Source of the DNA: Zygnema circumcarinatum SAG 698-1b
Lineage: Eukaryota > Plantae > Zygnematophyceae
DNA length: 64,000 nucleotides
Assembly: GCA_037447605.1 (NCBI GenBank)
Contig: CM074804.1
Location: 3,325,909-3,389,908 of the forward strand
Direction of reading: 5' to 3'
Shown: positions 37,900-49,100 of the stretch, piece by piece
Layout of the letters: each line of letters opens with the position of its first letter
How positions within the stretch are numbered: the first letter of the stretch is position 1
Position numbers and translations under genes: made by a program
Notes under the pieces: model-generated
Told to the model about the DNA's origin: nothing
Seen by the model: only the letters and a program-made list of their open reading frames with translations
Databases searched by the model: none

Positions 37900-40800
37900 T
37901 TAAATCTCTGGTTCTGTATCTGCAGGCGGTTGCTTGACAACACGTCTTCGAACAGCAGCCTCTCTTAGCATCGCGAGCTTATTGACACTCCCTCCTCTAC
38001 CCGCTTTCAAAGCATTCAACCGCTCTGCTCGCTCAGCCACAGCCTGCCTCTCAACTTCGGCAGCCTCTAGAGGAACCTCTATGGCACTTGTCCCACCTCC
38101 ACCTCTCAACCCTTCATCTCCTACAGATGGCAAACCTTTTGCACTATCGTCTACAGGCGAAAATGAGACCATGTCAGCATGACCCTCATCACTGTAGTCA
38201 TCATTCACGGCGTCACCTCTGCTATGACTCTCCTTCACTTTCCGAAGCGAAGTTCCTCCCTGCCTGTGGCCGCTGCTGCTAGCAGTGCCACCTGTCCTTA
38301 CATTGCAAGCAGTACTTGAAACCATCTGCTCTCCCATTCCGAGCTCCTTTTCAGCCTCAGCAGCTCCACCAGAAAGATGAGCTTGCCCATATAGATGGAC
38401 GACTCCATGTGACGCAAACCTTTTCCGCAAATAAGCTTCACGACTGGTAGCGTTATTCAACTTTGTCCAATGGAAATATGGCACCTGCAGAAACCTCGTA
38501 TCTCCGCTTTTGTTAATCATCACAGTGAGTAAACAATCATTGCCGACAGACTCCTCTACAGTTCAAAGTTGCATCAATCTCCGCTACTGGAGTGCAGCAG
38601 CAGTGGTCTACTTGCTCACCTGCACCACAGTCCAGCCCAGTCGCTTCAGCATGCGTGCCTTGAGAATGGTGGCACCGAGGGCTCTTCTCTTGTGATTGGA
38701 AGCAAAGTGGGAGGGTCCATCCGCCTCTACGGCCACCTTCAGCGCCCCTCCCTCAAGGAGCAGCGCTATGTCGATGCTGTAGTCTCCCTCCATGTGCTCT
38801 ACCTTGTGGTCAATACCCAAGCTTTCCAGACTTGCAGCGATTTGAGCTTGGAAAGAGGACACTTGGCGTCTGTCCAAAGCATTCTCCCGATCCCAACAGG
38901 TCTGCAAATTTGAACGACACCCAAAGGGATCAAAGATCAAGGCCAGCCTGTACGGATGCCTGAAGGAAAATTACGTCAACGGTCCGGGATTCCATCATGT
39001 ACATCAGCGCACATTAAAGCTCGCAAAGACCTTACTTTGACTAGCAATCACATGCATACACCAATTTTTGAGTTATACATAGCAGGAACAGACTAAATTT
39101 TTTTTTTTTTCTCGACACTGGTGACAGTGCAGTCACCAAGCCTACATACACCAATCCTTCCTCAATCTACAAGTTCCTCGCAAATGCAAGTTGACAATCG
39201 CCTACAAAATACTTGCTGATTCCTCACAACCTGCATACCGTTAGCCTCAGTGCCTTATTGCTACCGTTTTGCCGGAACCATGACTCCCTCCCCTAACTTC
39301 CTCTCATTCCTCTCCTCTCCCTTCCAAATATAGCTCGCTTCTCTCACCTTTGCCTGCTCTCGCAGATGTCCGGCAATCCAAAGACTGTTCAGATACTCCA
39401 CTGCGGAGCTATCAGGCGCCCACGAACCTGCCACCTGTCCCATCTGCGGCGACTCCAAACGTAGCGCCAATTCAACCTGCGCCAATAGTGCAAGTGGGCC
39501 TCTCAGGCTAACAGAGTTGGCCCTATAGAAGCTCACTCTCTCACCTCGCTCGCAATGCCCAGCTATGCCTTGAGTGTCTTAGGACCTCCAACGTCTTCCT
39601 GAGTGCACCCTTCTGTCCAGACAGCCCGGATGCACCATTCACCTTGACTGACCCTCTCTCTGATAGCTGAAAGTTCAGTGCCCACCTGGAAGAGTTGGCA
39701 CAGCTGCTGCGATGTAAAGTCGGGGATGGCTGCAAGCTGCTCTCGCAGTTGAGGGATGAAGGAGGGTGGATACCACCGGAGAACAGCAAGAGACCATGCA
39801 AGCAGCACAAGGGATTGGCGCGGGATCTCTCCTTCTTGCAGCCTCCTCGCAAACTGCATAATCACTCGCGAGGCCACTCATCATCTACATTTCCTGCCCT
39901 ATCGTTCTTTCTGCCCCGAAAACATCTTGTTGAATCTACCAATACGAGAACTTTTCGACAAGCAGGCTGGTAGAGACACATGAGGGGGCTGCATCAAGAG
40001 TTTAAGCTGCTCACCTCCTCTGAGACGGAAGATAGCAGGAGCCCGTTACGGAAGCCGAAGGTGGCAAAAGTGTAGAGAAATGTCACTAAAAAGGATGTAT
40101 CAAGGCTATGCAGCCGCAGCTGTACAGCTTGTGCGACTCCCACCATCAGTGGTCGGGAAAAGTGTCGCAGAGAAGCGAAGGACCTGCAGCCCCATCGCTT
40201 TCCCTGAGTTGAGAAAAAAGCTCAAGCTAGACTCCAAAGTGGCGCACACCCTACGGGACAAAAAGCATGCTGAAACAGCTTCCTTCTCAAGTCATTTGAG
40301 TTGAACATACAGGAGCGGTGAGATTTATCGCATTCTTTGTGCATCTCTCCATGGCGAGGTAATCAAACTTCACAACAAAAGCCAAGCTCTCACCATGCAA
40401 TGTTGGCAAGGGCCTGATCAGAAAAGCGAGGTGCATTCAGAATGACATGAGAGGCTGCCGCATCCATGAGCTGCTCATCGTGGTAGCCAAGGGTTGCAAG
40501 AGCCCTGTACCAAGCCTCACCAGAAAATTCCATGTGAAGAAATGAAAAGGTAGTGCGATTCTGACTCTCTGCTTGTCAGTTGGGCGGACGGGAAAAGACT
40601 GGTAGGGGTTGGAAAGGATGGCAGGTAGTGGAAGGTTAAATGTCTCTCTTCCCAGATTAAATCCAGAATACTGACCATGAGGCTCACCTTCCAAGCACCA
40701 GTAAGCAAGCCCGAAACACAGGTGAACATTCTTGTTGGCATCGAATACATGAGCGTGGGCAGGTCTAGAGGAAGCACATATCTAACTCCACTTACCAGAG

Positions 40801-43607
40801 GGTGCTGGAGAGAGAATGGTCACAGTAATGCCTAATGCTGCCACTTGCATTTGATGCCAGCATCTTGAGGAAAGCGGGCTCGTTGACCTGCAGCTTTGCA
40901 AAAGCCCTGCGCCCAGGGAGCAATGGCAGGACACTCCATGCTTGGTAGAATTCTTGAGCATCTAAAGAACGGGAACATTTCAAAAAGAAAAAAAGAGGAT
41001 TCGGAATAGAAAAACAGCAGCACTGACGAGAGCAGTGGTCAAAGAGTAGTAGCGGAATCTTGATCCTCACCAAACAGAAGGCTTGACAGCTGAAAAAGGA
41101 GATAAAAACTCTAAAGTTGATGTCTAAAGTTTGCTCCTGTCAGAACAGATGCATACCAGGCAAAGTTGGCCACATCTTGGGGCGCAAGGCTGGGTTGTTC
41201 CTCCACCATCTTGCAAGCTATGGCCTCAAACATCCCTGGGGCATCATTGTTGAGACGAGCATAGGACCTGTGGGAAAAGCACCTATCCACTATGAGAAAC
41301 AAAAACCCTGTGAAATAGGCAGCAACTTCTCTCTGAAAGGTGCCGTGAAGTGGCATAATCTAAGCCAAGCAGCTGCGTCGCATTACCACGCAATAATGGC
41401 CAGAGACCGCGCTTCAAACTCAGGCAGGCGGGCCTGCACGTGCTCTCCTATCTGGCGGAAGAGCTCGTCCGAGGGCAGATTATGCCGAGCATGGACCCTG
41501 TAACGGCCGGAAATAGTCCAACTAAGAGAGCGATTAGGACAGGCAAAGACTGCAGGAACCTCCTCACTTGAATACTTGGAATATGAAGAGTGAAACTTCT
41601 CAAGCAAGGGGTGGCATATGCCATTCAAGAAATCGGATGAGAGAAACGTACCACACAATCTCCTTGATCTGGCGTGCCCTGTATTTGCTTAATTGACCCT
41701 TCACCCTTCGCTCCACAAGGCCTGCCAAAAGGTCGCTACATTCTGTCTCTTCATTTCCCAAGGCGGTCATCTGCAGAACCAAACTGAAAGTCATTCCCTG
41801 CTGCCAAATGTTGACTGATAGCAAGCGTGGTTACTACAACCGGACTGCAATGCAGATATAAATCGTTTAAATTGGTGTCTCAAAAGCGTGTTTTTGTCGG
41901 ACTCGTGTGTTTACAATGATTGCACCTTTACGTGCCCATCCTGAATTTCTCGGAAGCAACTAAAGATGAACAGAAGAGCATTTACACCTTCCATTGCCTT
42001 CATACATATTGAGCTGAAAACACGACTTGTCCTTTCGTTTCAAGCAAATACCCCAAAACGAACGACACCCTCACACTCCTCGTGAAGAAAGGAATCACAG
42101 CACTTCGCCCCTCTTTAACTTATGCTCCAGCCCGCTGTCGAGAAAAGCACACCCATGAGGCTTACGGCTTTTAACAGTACCAGAATAGAAACCTCTAGGG
42201 GTTTAAATTGATGGAGCCGATGCATAGCAGCCTTCACCAAGAGCTTCATGAGAGACGGAGGTCCATGGCCCAGCTTGGCATGCGCCCTGCCCACTACAGC
42301 GACAGAGGCAACGGTGGCAACTATATTCAGTAATTGTTTAACAACGGTAGCTAAGAATCAACATTCCAAGAATCTTCATCTGAATAGTATTGGAGCAGAA
42401 GTAACACAGCTGAGATTACCACAATATCACCACAGGCAGACGATTGACCAGGTTCTGACTTCTAATAAAGCCAGACCATGTTTTTCCCTAAAGCAAAAGC
42501 CAAAAAAATCAAATAAATTTCCAGTTCTTTAAGTACGGCACTGCACTTGAAATTGCTATCGCAAAACGTTTTCCGTAGCACCTGCATTTCCGTTTCGTGT
42601 ATGTATTTTAAATGCATTCTGAGAAAAAAAAGATTAAAAGGTGAATGTATGACGGGCTAAGCCAACATGAAAACAATTTTTTTCAGGGGAAGGGGTTAGG
42701 ACAAGCGTGGCCAAGTTGATAAATGAAATTAAGGTAATCCTGTAGTGATGTACATCTCGGGGGTCTTACTGACTATCATTTTACGAGACTCTCACAACAG
42801 GTAAATCAATACAAACAGATATATGCTGATGTACTGACAAAGTCAGTCCTCCTTCAGTCGTCCTTACAGCCTAATGTTTGCGGAAACGATCTATTCGAGA
42901 CCCATTAACAAAAACTACTTGGTCCAGGAACATATGCAGGTGAATACTAATTACACCACATGCTCAGTCCCTCGAAAAACTCAAACTCACCATGCCACAT
43001 TAGCCAGCGCTTGAGCATCATAGCTAGAGAGATGGTCCATCACCTCATTACCGAGCCACTTCACCATACGATGACTCCTTAGGTTTTCCGCAAGGCTTTT
43101 GCTGCAATTTGCTGTTCGTTTGGCTAATCTGTGAAAGGCAGTCACCAAGTGAATCTCATTTATGCTATCTTGATTCTCTTCCACCACTTTCAATATTTGA
43201 AAGGGATTACTCTCTGTGCTCAGCACTTTATTCAACGTTCCTTCATCTAATGCGACTCCAGCTGGCATGCTTGGGGTTGCTCGCCATCCTTCGTCAACGG
43301 GTCTAATCGAGTTCACTACCTTCAACCCTAGCCGCTTCGGATAACGAATATGTCGGCCGTCACCGTAGTTGTCGAGAGCTGCATGAATTGAACCGGGCTG
43401 TGTTGAAACATGGTGCTTCATACCGAGGAAAACATGGAATTTAGAGAGCATCTGAGAGTTCAAAAGGAAAGCTTCCTCCCTTCTCTTCGCATCCTTAGCT
43501 GTTTTCATCTCTTGTCTGCCTCCGGACCTTTGCACAGATTTTAGAACCTTACGGCTGAACAAATGCCTGCTGTCAAAAAACGAATTCCGACCCTCCAGTT
43601 GCAACAT
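37900..43607 (-). CDS. OPR/FASTK-like helical-repeat protein with C-terminal RAP domain (organellar RNA processing); start uncertain
   Basis: Repeats end in W (DAQALANVAW, EARSLAIIAW, APQDVANFAW, PRQSLVLLAWSLA). The RAP domain reads YSIDIAL..VAVEADGPSHF..GATILKARMLKRLGWTVVQ|VPYFHW..REAYLR. Confidence 0.88.
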
Positions 43608-44082
43608 TGTGGGAAGGCTGGAAACAAGCTCCGAGTAAGATTTGAGTGTCCCAGAGCTAGACTGCTTGCTCCATGCGCGAGAGGCGCGGGGATGCAGACA
43701 AAGCAGTCGAGCTACGGCTTATTGTAATGGGCAGGACAGCGCGCGCCGGGACAGCAGCTCCCCTCGCCGCCCTGCGCTCAAATTTAGAGTTAGAGTTTCC
43801 CTCGCCATTGCCGCCACGTGTCCCCCTCCCTCGCCCTCGGAGGCCCTTGAGATATTTGAAGCCCGCGCAGCCGAATGGCCTTTTTGTTTGGCTTTTTCTC
43901 TCCTTTTTGTCGCCTAGCGTACGGTACCGCGACCCGTTCAGCCTTGCCTTTCGGGGCAGCCCGCCGGCGCTTCGTTCCGGATGCTGCCTGCTCGATGGCG
44001 TCACAGTCCCAGCTGACGTCACTGTCCAGGCAAGGTCCGCTCTCGTGTGGGCATACAATAGGGGGTCTCAGACTTAAACAAA

Positions 44083-44310
44083 ACTTGGTAATCGTACAGC
44101 TTGGTAATTGGTAATCGGGGATAGAGAAATTGGTAATAATGATTACTTTGCCGAACCTGTGCCGAACCAAATGCAAGTCAACGCTGGTAATCGTACAAGT
44201 CCGAAATTGGTCATGGGCGCCCCAGGACTTGGTAATCGTACAGCCTATCACCAGAAACTTATCACCACCCAAAACGGTGGTTTTCGGTCTCCGCGAAAGG
44301 AAATGGTAAT
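44083..44310 (+). repeat. Cluster of TGGTAAT / GGTAATCGTACA motifs
   Basis: Seven TGGTAAT in about 225 bp; the exact 18-mer acttggtaatcgtacagc occurs at 44083 and 44227. Confidence 0.7.
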
Positions 44311-44771
44311 GAAACGGGCGTCACCATGACGTCCACACCCCGGCCTGACATCCCCCTCCCCGCCCGCCGCCACCTACCGCCTCCTCCTCCCCTGCGTGCC
44401 GCCCGCCATGGCCCGAGCGTCCCTCTTGCTCCCGCGTGCCAGCCGCTAGCGCTCCTCCAAAACCGACCGGCGCGGTATCCCACCTCTCTCCCGCTTTCCC
44501 TCTCTTTCCCAACCCTCCCATTTTTTCGTAGTTTTGTTCTTCCCATCCTTACCTTATCCTTATTTTCTCATACTTTGTTGGAAAGAACTCTTCTGCAATA
44601 CACGAATGAGGATGTTGCGTGGCCTTGCCTCACCTTGGTGTCCTTTCCTTCTCGGTGTGCTTCGCTGCCTCTGCTGCCCTTTGCCATGAAGAATGCATCG
44701 CTCTCGTCTGTCTTGGTTTGCGAAAGGCGGGACATTCTCTTGTTTGAGCCAATTTTAGAGCAGTTAATTAC

Positions 44772-44871
44772 NNNNNNNNNNNNNNNNNNNNNNNNNNNNN
44801 NNNNNNNNNNNNNNNNNNNNNNNNNNNNNNNNNNNNNNNNNNNNNNNNNNNNNNNNNNNNNNNNNNNNNNN
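44772..44871. other. Assembly gap (100 N)
   Basis: Run of exactly 100 N. Confidence 0.99.
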
Positions 44872-46198
44872 TTTGAGCTTGTCTGTTGGGTTTCGTAGCC
44901 CCTTTGTTGTTTTTATTAGAGGTAGAGAGTCTCTCCAGGAGGGGTCCGGCAGGCGCCGGGAAGAGTCCGGCCGTGGTCTGAGAGGCGAAGCCCTCGGAGG
45001 TTGCCAAGTCGATGGGCGGTCGCCGCGAGCGTGCAGGAGACGCAAGCCGGGGGCCGCGCGCGCGGGCGCGGCGGGTGAGAGGAAGCTGGAAGAGGTCACG
45101 CTCGGAAGCCGCGAAGGGAGAGGAAAGGGGAAGGCGAGGGATCCGGGTTTGCATCAAATGGGCGTGCCTCGCATGCGATCGCGAGTGTCCAGAGGCGCGT
45201 CGGCAGCCTTTTTTTAATTTCGGCTGCCCAGGGCGGCACGCGAAGTTGGTAGTGACTTTGGAAATCAGTGTACCGGCAAATGCGAGTGGTGATGATCGCA
45301 TGGCGTCGCGATCACGGTTGCGTCGGGGCGCGGCTGATGACTGGAAACTACGTAGTGGTAATTTGGTAATGGTAATCATTTTTAGTCTCGATCCCATCAT
45401 GTAGCCTCGGTGTCACGCCCGGCGGCCGGCGCGCTGGCCAGCTGGGCTCAGACTCAGCCAGCCAGCCGGGCCTGCAGGGACTGCCAAGGGGGAGGGAGGA
45501 GGGAGGGAGGGAGGGAGGGAGGGTCTCTGGAAGCGGCGATCTCCAGGTAGTCAGCGCTTCTTGCTTGCGCTGCTCTGCGGGTGGTTCCGAGAACCGCCCA
45601 TCGTCCATGCTCCGTCCAGTCGCCCACGCGCCCGTCGACGTGGCGCGGTGTCGTCTTCCGCTCGCGGGAGCCCCGGCCCGCCTCGCCCCGCCGCGAAGCT
45701 TCGTCCGCCCCTCCCTCCCTCCCTCGTCCGCAGCGGAGTCAGCGGACGCGCCATCAGGCGGGCGGGCGGACGGGCGGGCGGCCGGGCGCTGCCTGCTTGC
45801 CGGCCGGCCGGCCGGCGACCGTCCCCGGCGCCCACGCGGCGTGGACGGCGCCCGTCCGTCCAGGGGGGGGGGGGGTGGAGGGAGGGAGGGCGAGAAGCTT
45901 CCCGGAAGCAGCGGCGGCGCTGAAGCGAAGCGCGGAGGTCCTCGCGAAGGTGCGGGCGGCGGCCCGCGCTGCGCGCAGCCGCTGCCGTACGGTACGAACG
46001 GTACGACTGGCACGGGCGAGCGCGGCCGTACGGGAGAAGAGGCCCGGGCGAAGGGACGCGGCAGGTGCTCGCCCCAGTGCGCGGCCTGCCTGCCCGCGCG
46101 GGGGAGGGAGGGAGGGGGAGGAGCAGAGGGAGTGGGAGAGCAGAGGAGGGAGGGGAGTGGGAGGAGCAGAGGGAGGGAGGGGAACGGGGAGGCGGAGG

Positions 46199-49100
46199 AT
46201 GAAAAGACTGCGGAATGGCGTGGGAAAGGCGGGGGGCAAGGGCGGTGTGGATTCCACGTATGCTGCAGCACGGGCAGATAAGGATGAGGAGAGGCAGCAG
46301 AAGCAGGAGAACGAAACGGACGACGTGGAGTGGCTAAAGGCGACAAACAGACTGCAGGCGAGGGAGATCCGCTACTTGAAGCAGGAGCTTGAAGGTTGGT
46401 CTTTGTACTCGCTCGCTCGCTTTTGAACTTTCTGCTGTCCGTCTTCCCCCGAGGGGCTCTGATTCTTGATGTTATGTGCTTATGAGGTTTTCGTGAAATG
46501 GCTTAGAGCAAGCCATGGAGGAACCGCTGTGAATGTCAATGCAGGAGCCGTCAGAAGTGCGGAGACATGATGCCATTGGCCGTTAAATCTTTCCATCTTG
46601 TCCTAAAGCAAACACCTTGTGGTATAGTAAAACTGAAAATTATTCGTGATGATTTCTTCTGGATTTTTTGGAAATTAGAAAGGTGGATTAGATAGTGTGG
46701 AAAGAGAAGGTCTTCCCATTTTGACGCTATTTTTCTGTCTGATTCGCTGCCCTTGCAGAGCTCCACATGAAACTGTTGAAGGCTGAAAGAAGAATTAGGG
46801 AGTTGGTGGCAAAGACGGCCGTTAGTTCTATTGCAGGTGAAATGTCTGAGTTGAAGAAACCCTCACAATCTATGGAGGGGTGTTCTGAAGAGGGGAGTGA
46901 GAGTGAGGGAAAAAACGGTGGCGACAAAGTTGGCGATGATGAAGCACACATAAGGACGAAGTTTGGTGTACATGTTGAGACAAAGGGGTCTGGAAGTGGT
47001 CTCGGGGGTGAGAGGGAGAGCAAGTATGGCAACGGGAGAGAGGACAAACAGAAGCAGCAGATTCAAAGGGCATCGCCTGATGCCATTGCTCGTGTAAACC
47101 ATGGTGCTGCCGTGACTCAGGCAGACAATAATGCAGAGTATGCAGAGATAGGAGGGACATCTGGACTGAAATTTGACAAATCTCCAGCGTCGAATGTAGA
47201 AGGTGGGCCTTGCAAGAAATTACGTACGTATGAAAAGAGCATCAATGGTTCCGTAGTGGAAGTGTCGAACTTAGGTGGTGTGAACGTAGGAGGCTCTCCT
47301 TTCGGTCAGCCGCAACAATCCCTGGCAAAGGTCGATGATTTCTCGAGCTCTTTGTCAATTCCCAGTGGAGTGAGGCTTGAGCCTGTGCGTAATGCGGCTG
47401 GACGGAATACCGAAGGTGAAAATAGCTCTCAAGTTAGACAAGCAACACTTTCCCCGGTACAGAAGCTTTGCGAATGGGTCGGTGAAACAGGGGACCGCAA
47501 AGCGGTCTGCTTTCCTGTCGCGTCTATTCCGGATGCATGTCAGCATGTGAGTGCAGGAAGAATATTCGACAAGACCTTGGAAGAATCCCCTGCCTTTCCA
47601 TTTGAAGGCAGGCAGCCATCAAAGGTGGCTTCTGTTTGGAAGACAAGCTTTGAAGACTGTGTGGAGCAGAGCAGGGTTGGAGCTGTAAGCTCGACACCCT
47701 CTGCATCCGGTGCCACAACTCCAGCAATTGCAGGAGATCGTGAGAAAGCAATCAAACTGAAGGGAGAGATCGATGCCAAAAGTAAGGCGAAGCTTTTCGC
47801 AGCAATACCGAATGTTTTGGACATTAATAAAAGCCCTCCTGCGGATATTGCAGAATTTCTGACAGCAGCTTGCACTAAGGCCGCAATGTTGAAGAAGGAC
47901 AGGGGGGGGGAGGGAGTTGAGAAGACATCGGCTATTGACATGTCCAAGTCACGTGGCATCAGTGCCGGCATTTTCGGGTCATTACTCGGAGGAAGCACCC
48001 TTCGTCAGGTTGCTGCAACAGAGGCAAACAAGGAATCCTCCACGCTTGGAAACGATGGTCCCAAGGGCCGAGGTCGTGTTCTTCACCTCCTGCAAGAACA
48101 GTGCCGGATGCTGGAAGAGAAGAAGGCTGCCAAGACAGCTTCTGTGGAGGGCAGTGGGAGAGATCGTCAACCTCTAGACCTGTCAAGAAGCGCAGTCAAC
48201 CTTTCAGCTGAGAGGCCGCAGGGGGAGGCATCTGCTTCCCGGAGTGCTCTGCCCATGCAGGAGAGGCAGTTTCTCGAGGTTGCAGCTGCGAGAGGCTGTT
48301 TTGGGCAATCGTCCGCAGGAGGGGTCAGCCATGTTCTCACTGTGAATCGAGGTTTTGTGGACTATCATAGAGCAGCATCTGCAGGAGTGAAGTTGGAGGT
48401 GAAGGGAGAGGACGGGAAGTCAGTGGAGATGAGGCAGGATTCAGGAGTGAGAGTAGGGGAATCCATGGGTTCGCCCCTTCGAGCTCAGCCTGGAAGGGCC
48501 TCTCACTGGGCTGCGACCAAGCCCTTCGTACCGGGAGGGGGAGAATCCAATGGCATTGGTAGTCGAAGTATGCGTAACGGGGGGGTTTTTGGGGGGTTGC
48601 TGGAAAACTCGAATGCGTTGCAGCCTCAGAAGCAGCTTGATTGGGCTAACCTCTTTGAGCACTATTCAAAATTGGGGGCTTATGGAGTGAGCACACTTGG
48701 CAAAGGGACACTTGACATAGAGCAATTTGCAAATAACTCTTCGTTTGAGAATGCTCTGTTTTCCTGGGGAGCAAGAAACGGGCTCGGCATGGGTCTGAAT
48801 GTTGGGGAGATCAATGAGTCTCATGCAGTTTTAGGATTACATGGAGGCGATAAAGTGGAGGAGGTGAAGGGGGGCGATGCTGGGCTCAGCCTTCGCTGTG
48901 GAACAGAGACTGACCCTCATCTGGCAAGCTCTCCCTTTGCCTCACATGTTGACAGTAGTGGAGAATCGGCAAAGAGGAAGCGCACCTATAGAGATGGGGA
49001 TGAGAATCAAGTTATGGAGCAAGGTAGAAAGGCAAGCTCTGAGCATTTCTTGCCTGCCAGAGATGATGGTGGCCCAGAAAACTGGACCTTGGGAATGGGT

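Noticed and set aside
45348-46426. Long overlapping ORFs of 167-332 aa on both strands
   Set aside because: Stop-poor GC-rich promoter/5' UTR giving low-complexity P/R/A/G translations; only the 3' part of the 45581 frame (from 46199) splices into a gene.
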